Below are positions 40,118 to 49,628 of a stretch of DNA of 64,000 nucleotides, piece by piece (the first letter of the stretch is position 1; each line of letters starts with the position of its first letter). The notes beneath the pieces were generated by a model that worked only from the letters and a program-made list of their open reading frames with translations, ran no database searches and was not told where the DNA came from. Source of the DNA: Patescibacteria group bacterium (GTDB taxonomy: Bacteria > Patescibacteriota > Microgenomatia > 0-14-0-10-38-17). The position numbers and the translations under genes are program-made. The stretch covers positions 48,967 through 112,966 of the forward strand of contig JBMNVW010000001.1 of NCBI GenBank assembly GCA_050947035.1, in the 5' to 3' direction.

Positions 40118-40951
40118 TTCCGGCTTGGAATCCTCAATTTCAGATAGGGCTTCAGAAACGGTAATCATCTTTAAACTTTTTTCTTTAATGCCGGCAGCTA
40201 TGGTTTCTAAACAAGTCGTGTCCCACTTATTCCAGTGAAGAAGAAAAATTGAGCCCCTTTGGGAAGCACCAACAACATGATCGGCCACCTCTTGGGCGAT
40301 AGGTAAAACCGGATCAACCTTAAGATCGTAGTGTCTTAAAATGGCATAATAAGTATCGGCCGACCAAGCAATCGGGCGGTAACCGGCTTCGGCCACGGCA
40401 GCCAAAACCTGTTCGTCTTTATGACCAGCCCCTCCGGGAAAACGAATAAAAGGGTGTTTTTGTTTAACTTTCTCAAGATAATCCTGGCCCAAAACTTCTT
40501 TTGCTGCTTCCTCCCAACGAAAAATTTCTTTCTTAATTTGTTCCGAAGAAAGAGAGGTTAAATAAGTATGGCTATAGGTGTGGTTGCAAATCTCATGGCC
40601 ATCAATGGCCGCCTGCTGCCAAAGATCAGGATAGGCTTCTAACTGCCGGCCAATAACAAAAAAGCTGCTTTTAATTTCATTGGCCCGCAAAACTTCTAAG
40701 CTGGTAGCCACTGATTGACGACAAAAGCCGTCGTCAAAGGTTAGAGCCATTTCCGGACGCTGGCGATTTCCCCAAAAAACAGGCCGATAAACCCTGACTG
40801 GCGCTTCTTTTTCAATAGGAGAATCTTTTTTTATCTGGGGTTCAGGCCAATTAGGAGAAATTTGGTCCAAAAATAAACCGCCCGCCACCCCTCCAGATAA
40901 ACGCAGAAATTCCCGTCGAGAAAATTTGGGTTCTTTTTCACTATCTCTCAT
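40115..40951 (-). CDS. polysaccharide deacetylase (CE4/NodB)
   Basis: ALTFDDG, HEICNHTYSH, RFPGG, IFLLH; N-terminal FSRREFL. Confidence 0.9.
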   Translation of the reverse strand: MRDSEKEPKFSRREFLRLSGGVAGGLFLDQISPNWPEPQIKKDSPIEKEAPVRVYRPVFWGNRQRPEMALTFDDGFCRQSVATSLEVLRANEIKSSFFVIGRQLEAYPDLWQQAAIDGHEICNHTYSHTYLTSLSSEQIKKEIFRWEEAAKEVLGQDYLEKVKQKHPFIRFPGGAGHKDEQVLAAVAEAGYRPIAWSADTYYAILRHYDLKVDPVLPIAQEVADHVVGASQRGSIFLLHWNKWDTTCLETIAAGIKEKSLKMITVSEALSEIEDSKPE

Positions 40952-41085
40952 AAATAATTCTTGCTGAGTAAATAGTCTTGGATCAGGGTTGGCCCAATCT
41001 TACTATTAAAATAACTATAAGTCAACTAATCGATAATCATTTTGGCCCCTTTATCTTGAACCCCTGATCAATTAAAATAAAATCC

Positions 41086-43104
41086 ATGATTAATGATTTT
41101 TTAATTACTTTTTACTGGTGGTTTTTGCTCTTTGCTTTAGGATTAATTTTTTTGCCGATCAGCCAAAAATTATTTAAAAATTTCTTTGACCGGGGCTATT
41201 TGCTCTCCAAAACCATCGCCATTGCTCTTCTTTCCTGGCCAATGTTTTTGCTGGCCCACTTAAAAATTCTACCCTTTAGCCAAATTGGGATCTTATTTCT
41301 TTTGATTTTAGCAATGGCGATTAATATTTTTTTGGCCCAAAAAAAAGCTTTCTTAGATAAAAAACTCATTAAAACCATTATTTTCGAAGAGGGGTTTTTC
41401 TTACTGGCCCTGCTTTCCTGGTCTTATATCCGCAGCCTAAGACCCGACATCGCCGGTTTAGAAAAATTTATGGACTTTGGCTTTATGAAAAGCTTAGTTA
41501 ACAGCCGTTTCTTGCCCCCGACCGATATGTGGTTTGCTGGCCAAACTATTAATTATTATTATTATGGTCATTTTATCGCCGCCCTTTTAACTAAATTCTC
41601 CGGCTTAACGGCTGATATTACCTATAATTTAATGATCGCCACCCTTTTTGCCCTAACTACCACCGGAGTTTTTTCTCTCATTGCCAGTCTTCTTGCCAAG
41701 ATAACCAAAAATAAAAAGACGATTATTTTTGCCGCCCTTATTGGCGCCCTAATTATTGGCCTGGGTAGTAATTTTCACACCCCCTATCATCTTTTAAAAG
41801 ACGGTTTCCAAAATTATTGGTATCCCAATGCCACCCGCTATATCGGTTATGATCCTCCCACCAATGACAAAACTATTCACGAATTTCCTGCTTATTCTTT
41901 TATTGTCGCCGACCTGCATGGTCATGTTTCCGGACTACCATTAGTAATTTTATTTATTGGCCTGGCCTGGTCGATTTTTCAAGAAAAGAAAACCGCTTGG
42001 ACAAAACTTGTTTTTTTGGGTTTTCTTTTAGGACTTGTCTATATGACTAATGCCTGGGATTTGCCAATTTATCTTTTGCTCTTGGGGCTGGTTTTATTAG
42101 TTAAAAAACTAGCCAAAGAAAAGACTTGGCAAGGAAAAAAAACTTTCTTTTCTATCCTATCAATTATTCCACCCCTCCTGGTTGTTATCGGCCTATTTTT
42201 TCTAACCTCCCTGCCTTTTAATCTTAACTTTGACTCCATGGCCGAAGGCGTTGGCCTGGTGCATAGTCAAACTCCCATTTTTCAGCTTATTATTCTTTGG
42301 GGAGCTTTTATGTTTTGGGCAATAAGTTTTCTTGTTTTTCTAAAGCTTTTTCCCCAAACTAAAAACGCTGACCTTTTCATTCTTAGCCTAACCTTAACTG
42401 CCCTAATTTTAATCATCTTGCCGGAAATAATTTATATCAAAGATATTTACGGAGCGGATTTTTACCGGGCTAACACCATGTTTAAGTTCACTTTTCAGGC
42501 CTATTTAATGTTAACGATTGTCTCCGGCTATAGTCTTATTCGCATCAGCCAACAATTAAAAACACCAATCAAAATTATTTTCTTAACAATTAGTTTTGTT
42601 TTAATTTCTGGGGTATTAATTTATCCGGCTTACTCTATTCCAGGTTTTTACGGCAAGATCAGTCTTAAAAATTTTCAAGGCCTGTCAGGACAAAACTTTT
42701 TGGCTCAACGCTACCCAGAAGATTATCAAGCAATTGTCTGGATTGAAAAAAATCTCCCCCAAGAAGCAGTCATTTTGGAGGCCGCCGGAGACAGCTATAC
42801 TGATTATGGCCGAGTGTCCACCTTTACCGGCCGGCCCACTATTCAGGGCTGGATCGTTCATGAATGGCTTTGGCGGGGAGGTTACGATTTACCGGCCAAA
42901 AGGGCTAGCCAAGTTAAGCAGGTCTATCAAGAGGCTAATATTAAACTGGCCCAAAATATTCTAAACCAATATTCGGTCGATTATGTTTTCTTTGGTAAAC
43001 TAGAACAAGAAAAATATCCTAACGCCGATTTTGATCGCCTAAGCCTTCTGGGAAAGCCTGTCTTTAGAGCCGGGGAAACAGTAGTCTTTGAAGTAGGGAA
43101 ATAG
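41086..43104 (+). CDS. YYY membrane protein (DUF2298-like, predicted GT-C)
   Basis: EKFMD, INYYYYGH, TIHEFPAYSF..ADLHGH, NTMFKF. Confidence 0.82.
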   Translation: MINDFLITFYWWFLLFALGLIFLPISQKLFKNFFDRGYLLSKTIAIALLSWPMFLLAHLKILPFSQIGILFLLILAMAINIFLAQKKAFLDKKLIKTIIFEEGFFLLALLSWSYIRSLRPDIAGLEKFMDFGFMKSLVNSRFLPPTDMWFAGQTINYYYYGHFIAALLTKFSGLTADITYNLMIATLFALTTTGVFSLIASLLAKITKNKKTIIFAALIGALIIGLGSNFHTPYHLLKDGFQNYWYPNATRYIGYDPPTNDKTIHEFPAYSFIVADLHGHVSGLPLVILFIGLAWSIFQEKKTAWTKLVFLGFLLGLVYMTNAWDLPIYLLLLGLVLLVKKLAKEKTWQGKKTFFSILSIIPPLLVVIGLFFLTSLPFNLNFDSMAEGVGLVHSQTPIFQLIILWGAFMFWAISFLVFLKLFPQTKNADLFILSLTLTALILIILPEIIYIKDIYGADFYRANTMFKFTFQAYLMLTIVSGYSLIRISQQLKTPIKIIFLTISFVLISGVLIYPAYSIPGFYGKISLKNFQGLSGQNFLAQRYPEDYQAIVWIEKNLPQEAVILEAAGDSYTDYGRVSTFTGRPTIQGWIVHEWLWRGGYDLPAKRASQVKQVYQEANIKLAQNILNQYSVDYVFFGKLEQEKYPNADFDRLSLLGKPVFRAGETVVFEVGK

Positions 43105-43110
43105 TAGCGC

Positions 43111-43140
43111 TATGGTCTGGCGCGAACTGTAAGTTCGCTA
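43111..43140. repeat. REP-like hairpin, family C (single copy)
   Basis: TATGGTCTGGC-GCGAAC-TGTAA-GTTCGC-TA; shares its flank with 49501. Confidence 0.55.
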
Positions 43141-43232
43141 GTCCAGTCTTTTTCAAAGAGGTTTAAGAAATAAATAATAATTTAAATTAAGCTTGGGATT
43201 TAAAAACTTGTAGTTTATTTGTAATTTGGAAT

Positions 43233-43252
43233 CCTGCCTACCGGCAGGCAGG
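43233..43252. repeat. 20-nt GC-rich palindrome within AT-rich heptamer-like sequence
   Basis: CCTGCCT-ACCGGC-AGGCAGG. Confidence 0.65.
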
Positions 43253-43299
43253 TTGATATTTGAAATTTATTTTTAATTTGAAAAATTAAAAACTATCTT

Positions 43300-45102
43300 A
43301 TGTCTTTACTCGATTCTCTAAACCCTCAACAAAAAAAAGCCGTTTGCTTTAGCCAGGGACCATTGTTGGTTTTGGCTGGCGCCGGTTCAGGCAAAACTAG
43401 AGTAATTACTTACCGAACCGCCTACTTAATTGAACAAAAACTGGCCAATCCGGACGAAATTCTTTGTATTACCTTCACCAACAAAGCCGCCCAAGAAATG
43501 AGAAAAAGACTAGAAGGATTGCTCTCCTCATCGCCAACTCTTCCCTGGGCCGGCACTTTCCACGCTTTCTGCGCTCGAACGCTGCGAATTGAGGGTGAAG
43601 CCATTGGCATACCGGCCAATTATGTTATTTGGGACAGGAATGATCAATTATCCACTATTAAAAAATTAATCAAGGACAAGAGTAGCAAAAAGTATTCTCC
43701 TAGCACCATTATTAATAATATCTCCAGCGCCAAAAGCGAGCTTATCGGACCGCTTGATTATGCTCGTTTTGCCCAAGGATCGTTTCAGGAACTAATAGCC
43801 GAAATTTATTTAGGCTATCAGAAAGAGCTTCGTCTATCAGGCGCTCTTGATTTTGACGACCTATTGGTAAAAACAGTTAGCCTCTTCGATCAGGCACCAA
43901 AAATTTTAGAAAAATATCAACAAAAATACCGTTATCTTTTTGTTGATGAATACCAAGATACCAATCGAGCCCAATATCGATTAACCAAAATTTTGGCCCA
44001 AAAACATCATAATCTTTGTGTGGTCGCCGATGCTTCGCAGTCTATTTATAGTTGGCGGGGGGCCGATTATCGCAATATCAATCGCTTATCAAAAGATTTT
44101 CCCCAAATTAAAACTATTAACCTAGAACAAAATTATCGCTCTACTCAAAATATTCTTGATGCTGCTTATCACGTTATTATTCAAAATCGATCCCATCCGA
44201 TTCTTGATCTTTGGACCAAGAATAACCAAGGAGAAAAGGTTGACCTTTATCAAGCCCAAAGTGCCCAAGACGAGGCTCGTTTTATTACGGAAAAAATTTT
44301 AGAGCTAAAAAAAAGGGGCTTTTCTCTAAATGAATGCGCTGTTCTTTATCGGACCAACGCTCAATCTCGAAGTCTGGAAGAAGCACTACTTCATTATAAT
44401 ATACCGTATCATCTGGTCGGCGGTTTTCGCTTTTATGAGCGTAAAGAAATCAAAGATGTTTTGGCTTTTTTAAAAATTATTGCCAACCCTAAAGACTTAG
44501 CTTCAAAAAGAAGGGTCGAGAAAATCGGCAAAAGAATTTCGGCAGCTATCAAAACCTTAACTAAAGACGAAGCTAATCAAAAATTAAAAACAAGCGAAAT
44601 TATTAATTTGGTTTTATCTAAAACTAACTATTTATCCCGCTTTAAAGTCGAAAACGAAGAAGACTTGGGCCGACTAGAAAATATTGAAGAGTTAAAAAGC
44701 GTTGCCCTTGAATTCCCTGATTTAAATAAATTTTTAGAAAATATTGCTCTAATGGAACAAGAATATTTCCCTCAAGGAAAAATAAAAGAAAAAGAAACAG
44801 AATCAGAAAAGGTTACTCTAATGACCCTTCACGCCGCCAAGGGCACTGAGTTTGGAGCGGTTTTTTTGGCCGGCTTTGAAGAAGGATTATTGCCTCACTC
44901 TCGGTCCTTATTTGAAAAAGAGGCCTTAGAAGAAGAGCGGAGGCTGGCTTATGTTGGCATTACTCGAGCCAAAAGAAAATTATTCTTAACTTATGCTTCT
45001 TCTAGATTAATCTTTGGCCGAAATCAAACTAATGGACCATCAAGGTTTTTGGCCGATATTCCCGAAGAAATAATTAATCAAGAGACTACTTCGTGGCTTT
45101 AA
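43300..45102 (+). CDS. pcrA: ATP-dependent DNA helicase PcrA/UvrD
   Basis: AGAGSGKT, TFTNKAA, VDEYQD, QNYRS, HAAKG, EERRLAYVGITRA. Confidence 0.93.
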   Translation: MSLLDSLNPQQKKAVCFSQGPLLVLAGAGSGKTRVITYRTAYLIEQKLANPDEILCITFTNKAAQEMRKRLEGLLSSSPTLPWAGTFHAFCARTLRIEGEAIGIPANYVIWDRNDQLSTIKKLIKDKSSKKYSPSTIINNISSAKSELIGPLDYARFAQGSFQELIAEIYLGYQKELRLSGALDFDDLLVKTVSLFDQAPKILEKYQQKYRYLFVDEYQDTNRAQYRLTKILAQKHHNLCVVADASQSIYSWRGADYRNINRLSKDFPQIKTINLEQNYRSTQNILDAAYHVIIQNRSHPILDLWTKNNQGEKVDLYQAQSAQDEARFITEKILELKKRGFSLNECAVLYRTNAQSRSLEEALLHYNIPYHLVGGFRFYERKEIKDVLAFLKIIANPKDLASKRRVEKIGKRISAAIKTLTKDEANQKLKTSEIINLVLSKTNYLSRFKVENEEDLGRLENIEELKSVALEFPDLNKFLENIALMEQEYFPQGKIKEKETESEKVTLMTLHAAKGTEFGAVFLAGFEEGLLPHSRSLFEKEALEEERRLAYVGITRAKRKLFLTYASSRLIFGRNQTNGPSRFLADIPEEIINQETTSWL

Positions 45103-45370
45103 TTTCAAAACCGGAGAAAAAATTCTTGTTAATTTTTTTCCGATCAATTATTTCAATATCGTCCACTCTGGCCAAGGGCGAGCCTTGGTTTAGCCAAGCC
45201 AAAAAATCCTCTATCTTATCTTTTGGGCCAATCGCCTTAATTTCCACTCGACCATCCGTCCGATTTCTTACCCAACCAGACAAATCTAGTTTTTGAGCTT
45301 TCTGGCGAGTAAAAAAACGAAAACCAACCCCTTGCACCCGACCGGAAATAAAAAGGTGAATTTTAATCAT
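45086..45370 (-). CDS. acyP: acylphosphatase
   Basis: GRVQGVGFR, GWVRNRTDGRVE. Confidence 0.92.
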   Translation of the reverse strand: MIKIHLFISGRVQGVGFRFFTRQKAQKLDLSGWVRNRTDGRVEIKAIGPKDKIEDFLAWLNQGSPLARVDDIEIIDRKKINKNFFSGFEIKATK

Positions 45371-45441
45371 CTTGAAAAACAATTCATTATTATATAGCTG
45401 CTCTTTGAATTTGTTTTATCAGTAAGTTATTATAACAACTA

Positions 45442-46431
45442 ATGAAGGCTAATATAAACACCAACCCCGAACAAAAAAAATACGACTCGCTGGTTACTCA
45501 TCCCATCCAATCTTGGGCTTGGGGCCAATTTCGTCAAAAAATGGGCGCCCAGGTTGACCGCTTTATAATTGAAAAATTGGCCGGGGAAGTCTTTTTTTAT
45601 CAACTGCCCCTACTGCCATTCACCATCGGCCATTGCCCTAAAGTTAACTTTATTAATCAAAATTTAATCGATCATCTTACTTTACTTGGCCAAAAAAGAA
45701 AAGCCTTGTTTATTAAAATTGAACCTCATCTTTTGGCCAATCAAGAAAGAGAAAAAAAATTGATTGGGTGGGGTTTAAAAAGAGGTAAAGAAATTTTCTC
45801 TCAATACACCATGATTGTTGATTTAACCCAAAGCAAAGATCAGCTTTTAGCTGGCTTTAATTCCAAAACTCGCTATAATATTCGCTTGGCCAAAAGAAAG
45901 GGGGTAAAAATAATCGAAGATAATTCCCCAGCGGCTTTTAGGATCTATTGGCAATTAACCAAAAAAACTACCGCCAGGCAAGGATTTTATGCTCATAATT
46001 ACCAGTATCATGAAAAAATGTGGCAAACCATGAGTCAAGCCGGCATTGCCCACCTCTTTCGAGCCGAATTTCAAAAAGAAACTTTGGCCACTTGGATTCT
46101 TTTCAAGTTTAAAGACGCCCTTTATTATCCTTATGGGGCCTCCTCTAGAAAAAATCGCCAAGTTATGCCTTCAAATTTATTAATGTGGGAGGCTATTTTG
46201 TTTGGCAAAAAAAATGGCTGTCGGGAGTTTGATCTTTGGGGAACACCAGGACCAAATCCTAAAAAGACGGACCCCTGGTATGGTTTTCATCGTTTTAAAG
46301 CCGGCTATAGCCCTGAGATTATTAAACTCGTTGGTGCTTATGATTTTGTCATTCGCCCTGGCCTATATCGACTCTATCAAACAAGCGATTATCTTCGCCG
46401 CCAATTTCTAAAACTGAAAACCCGTCTTTAA
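45442..46431 (+). CDS. FemABX-family peptidoglycan bridge aminoacyltransferase
   Basis: QSWAWGQF, KTRYNIRLA, YPYGASS, FDLWG, FK.G. Confidence 0.88.
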   Translation: MKANINTNPEQKKYDSLVTHPIQSWAWGQFRQKMGAQVDRFIIEKLAGEVFFYQLPLLPFTIGHCPKVNFINQNLIDHLTLLGQKRKALFIKIEPHLLANQEREKKLIGWGLKRGKEIFSQYTMIVDLTQSKDQLLAGFNSKTRYNIRLAKRKGVKIIEDNSPAAFRIYWQLTKKTTARQGFYAHNYQYHEKMWQTMSQAGIAHLFRAEFQKETLATWILFKFKDALYYPYGASSRKNRQVMPSNLLMWEAILFGKKNGCREFDLWGTPGPNPKKTDPWYGFHRFKAGYSPEIIKLVGAYDFVIRPGLYRLYQTSDYLRRQFLKLKTRL

Positions 46432-46508
46432 CCTCTTTAGAAAAAATGCCAAAGAAGGCGTGGTAAAATTAGCCAACACGGGAAAAACCCCGTATTTTTT
46501 AAACCAAA

Positions 46509-47321
46509 ATGAAAATCGGCGTTTTTGATTCTGGCTTAGGGGGTTTGTCAATTTTAAAAGCTTTTAGAGAAAACCTTCCCCAATACAAATATCTTTATCT
46601 TGGCGATAATCTTCATGTCCCCTATGGCAATCAAAACCCGGAAAAAATTACCAATTGGGCCAGAAAAATTATCCCTTTTTTTATCGAAAAAGAATGCCCT
46701 TTGGTAATTTTTGCCTGCAATACTATCACTGCCACTTCTTTACCTAAAATCCAAAAAGAATTTGCCAATCAAGTTAAGGTTTTGGGAATTGTTAGGCCAA
46801 CAACAGAGTTTCTCCTTAGTCAAAGAGGCAAAAAAATTGGTCTTATCGGTACCACTAATACTATTAACTCCAATATTTTTAATCGAGATTTGGCCAAAAT
46901 AAATCAAGGCAAAACAATTAAATTTTATCAACATGATTGTCCCGGCCTGGTAAAAGAGATTGAAAAAGGCGCTTTCTATTCTAAAAAGTTAAAAAGATCT
47001 CTTCGCTCCTGTCTTGGCCCTTTACAAAAAAAGGAAATTAATCTCCTGGTTCTGGGTTGTACCCACTATAATCTAATTACCGACCAGATACAGGCTCTTT
47101 TACCCAAAACAAAAATTATTACTCAAGGGGCAATCGCCAGCCAAAAACTAGCTCAATATTTAAAAAAACACTTCGATATCGACCAAAAACTAGGCAAACA
47201 AAAAAAATTAGCCCTATATTTTACTAAAGAAAATGATAATTATCCTTCTTTAGTCAACTTAATTCTAGGTGAAGAGCATCAATATACTAAATTAAAGAAG
47301 GCAAAAATCGACTTTGAATAA
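46509..47321 (+). CDS. murI: glutamate racemase
   Basis: FDSGLGG, VPYG, ACNT, LGCTHY. Confidence 0.96.
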   Translation: MKIGVFDSGLGGLSILKAFRENLPQYKYLYLGDNLHVPYGNQNPEKITNWARKIIPFFIEKECPLVIFACNTITATSLPKIQKEFANQVKVLGIVRPTTEFLLSQRGKKIGLIGTTNTINSNIFNRDLAKINQGKTIKFYQHDCPGLVKEIEKGAFYSKKLKRSLRSCLGPLQKKEINLLVLGCTHYNLITDQIQALLPKTKIITQGAIASQKLAQYLKKHFDIDQKLGKQKKLALYFTKENDNYPSLVNLILGEEHQYTKLKKAKIDFE

Positions 47322-47328
47322 AAAGAAA

Positions 47329-48366
47329 TCATTTTTCTAAAGAAATTCTCTTGGCCTGATAATCAAGATCAACATCTTCTGCTGAAGTTACCAGTGTCTG
47401 ATGATTAACAAAACTGGCTACCACCAACTTCTTATGTTCCTTGTCAAGTTCAGAAAAAATATCATCCAACAATAAAACCGGCCGTTTTTTAGTCATCTCT
47501 TCTAAGAATCTTAATTGGGCTAATTTTAGCCAAAGCACGCTTAATCTTTGTTCTCCCCGACTACCAAAAACAGCCAAACCCCGATCACCAGCAAAAACTA
47601 AAAAATCGTCTCGATGGGGACCAAAAAGAGTTTGGCCAGCGGCAATTTCAGCTGATTGTTTTTCCGATAATTTTTTAGGAGAAATAAGGCTGGGTTGATA
47701 AACTAATTTATAGCCAGCCGCCGACTCCTGCTGATTAACAAACTCTATTAAATTCCTTCTTTCTTGATTAATTTTTTGGCCATTTTCTATTAAAAGACGA
47801 TTCCAAAAAAACAAGGCCTTGGCTTCGGCTTGGCCATTTCTAATCTGTTCCAAAACCTTGTTTCGAGAACGCAAACCCTTTAGATAAGAACGCCTGGATC
47901 GATAATAATCTTTATCAGCCTGATCTAAAACATCATCTAAAAACCGCCTCCTAAAAGAAGGCGAGTCAGTAACAATATCCAAGTCTTGAGGGGAAAAAAG
48001 AACTGTTAGCAAATTGCCGACAAACTTGCTTTGGCTTCTTTTATTGCCATCAACAGAAAATTGCCTTAAAGGAGTTTTTTTACCATTAATTTCGCCTCGA
48101 GATAACACCGAAACCAAATTTTTTTCTTCCTGATCTCGACTGACCAAAGCCTTAACATGAGCCACTGGTGATTGATGGTTAATCATTTGAACAATTTTAC
48201 TGGCTCGAAAGCTTTTGCCAACTGAAAGAAGGACCACCGCCTCTAAAAGATTGGTTTTTCCAGAAGCGTTAGGGCCCAAAATCAAATTAATACCATCAGA
48301 AAAAGAAAAACTCTTTTCCTCTTTATAATTGCGAAAATCGGTTAAAGATAATTCTTTTAAAAACAT
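47329..48366 (-). CDS. recF: DNA replication and repair protein RecF
   Basis: GPNASGKTN, GPHRDD, SRGEQR, LLLDDIFSELD. Confidence 0.95.
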   Translation of the reverse strand: MFLKELSLTDFRNYKEEKSFSFSDGINLILGPNASGKTNLLEAVVLLSVGKSFRASKIVQMINHQSPVAHVKALVSRDQEEKNLVSVLSRGEINGKKTPLRQFSVDGNKRSQSKFVGNLLTVLFSPQDLDIVTDSPSFRRRFLDDVLDQADKDYYRSRRSYLKGLRSRNKVLEQIRNGQAEAKALFFWNRLLIENGQKINQERRNLIEFVNQQESAAGYKLVYQPSLISPKKLSEKQSAEIAAGQTLFGPHRDDFLVFAGDRGLAVFGSRGEQRLSVLWLKLAQLRFLEEMTKKRPVLLLDDIFSELDKEHKKLVVASFVNHQTLVTSAEDVDLDYQAKRISLEK

Positions 48367-48409
48367 TCTAATTAATTTTCAATTTTTAATGATTTAATGT
48401 TTCTTCCTC

Positions 48410-48492
48410 CGTCATCATGAGCCTTCGGCGAAGGATCTTATTCTTAATTACCTTCTCGGTCGAGATTCTTCGAGAGTACTCTCAGAATGACG
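48410..48492. repeat. inverted-repeat element, family D
   Basis: CGTCATCATGAG...CGAAGGATCT - spacer - AGATTCTTCG...CTCAGAATGACG. Confidence 0.7.
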
Positions 48493-48517
48493 AAAACTGA
48501 GTTTTTTATTTTTAACT

Positions 48518-48575
48518 TTGCCCCAACACCACGTGGGGTGTGGGGCAACCCTGAACCCGACGTGGTTCACGGGTT
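48518..48575. repeat. two adjacent GC-rich hairpins, both containing ACGTGG
   Basis: TTGCCCCAACACC-ACGTGG-GGTGTGGGGCAA and AACCCTGAACC-CGACGT-GGTTCACGGGTT. Confidence 0.6.
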
Positions 48576-48581
48576 GGACTG

Positions 48582-49445
48582 TTAACTGTTAACTGATCTT
48601 TGGCAGTCTGGACACCAAAAAGTACTCCGGCCACTTTGCTTGAATCTTTTTACTATTCCCTCACAACGATAACACTTTTGACCATCCCTCTGGTACACCC
48701 TAAGCTTTTCTTGATATCGGCCAGGTGAGGCATCCGGTTGAACATAGGCCTGATCAGCGGCGCTAGTTCCGCCATAACTAATTGCCTCCGACAAGATCTT
48801 CTTTATTGCCTGATGCAACTTGATAATCTCTTGCTCAGACAGGGAATTAGCCTGACGATGAGGGTCAATCCCGGCCCTGAATAAAGCTTCACTGACATAA
48901 ATATTGCCAATCCCGGCTACCACCTTCTGGTCCAAAAGAACCGTTTTTATCGCCCGCTTAGTTTGACCTAATTTATTAACCAAATATTTTTGGGTAAAGG
49001 CTTTTTTTAACGGCTCCGGACCAAATTTTGATAGCTCCCTTTTTACTTCTTTCTGATTTAATAATTTTAACCAGCCAAATTTCCTTAAATCATTAAAAAA
49101 TAGTTTTCCCCCATCGTCTAAATCAATAATTACTCGGGTAGTTTTATTGGGCAACTGATTAGCCGAAAACGGCAAGGGATGACCAACACTAACTAGTTCT
49201 TTTTCATTAGAAAGATAAATAATTTGACCCGTCATTTTGAGATGAATCAGTAAGGAAAGGCTATCAATATCAATAGCCAGTATTTTAGCTCGCCGCCAAA
49301 GACTTTTTATTTTTTGGCCAATAATTGCTTTCGGATCACCTAAAAACTGCTTTTCTTCCAAAACCTTTACTTTGGTAATTTGGCGACCGATAATCTTTTT
49401 TGTTAATTTTCTTTTGACTGTTTCTACCTCTGGTAATTCCGGCAC
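48582..49445 (-). CDS. mutM: formamidopyrimidine-DNA glycosylase
   Basis: GTG start giving PELPEVE; HLKMTG; GIGNIY; C-terminal CxxC...CxxC zinc finger. Confidence 0.95.
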   Translation of the reverse strand: MPELPEVETVKRKLTKKIIGRQITKVKVLEEKQFLGDPKAIIGQKIKSLWRRAKILAIDIDSLSLLIHLKMTGQIIYLSNEKELVSVGHPLPFSANQLPNKTTRVIIDLDDGGKLFFNDLRKFGWLKLLNQKEVKRELSKFGPEPLKKAFTQKYLVNKLGQTKRAIKTVLLDQKVVAGIGNIYVSEALFRAGIDPHRQANSLSEQEIIKLHQAIKKILSEAISYGGTSAADQAYVQPDASPGRYQEKLRVYQRDGQKCYRCEGIVKRFKQSGRSTFWCPDCQRSVNS

Positions 49446-49508
49446 AATGACAATTAAAAATTGATAATTAAAAGTTAAAAAATAAATGGCTAAATGGTTA
49501 TATGGCTG

Positions 49509-49563
49509 GCGCGCACTAAAGTGCGCTACTTCAAAAACTGAAGTGGCGGGCTTTAGCCCGCGC
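49509..49563. repeat. REPIN-like doublet, family C (GTAG/GTGG-footed REPs)
   Basis: GCGCAC-TAAA-GTGCGC-TAC-TTCA AAAAC TGAA-GTG-GCGGGC-TTTA-GCCCGC. Confidence 0.75.
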
Positions 49564-49628
49564 TTTGGCATTAAAAAAACAATTTAACAATATAACAATT
49601 GGGTTTCGGGTTTTGCTTCATAAATAAT

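Noticed and set aside
46478-46501. ACGGG/CCCGT hairpin with T run before murI
   Set aside because: Only a 5-bp stem; cannot distinguish terminator, attenuator or chance
49446-49571. N-terminal extension of MutM in the ORF track
   Set aside because: Fpg needs Pro2; the extension reads through a REPIN and the real start is GTG 49445
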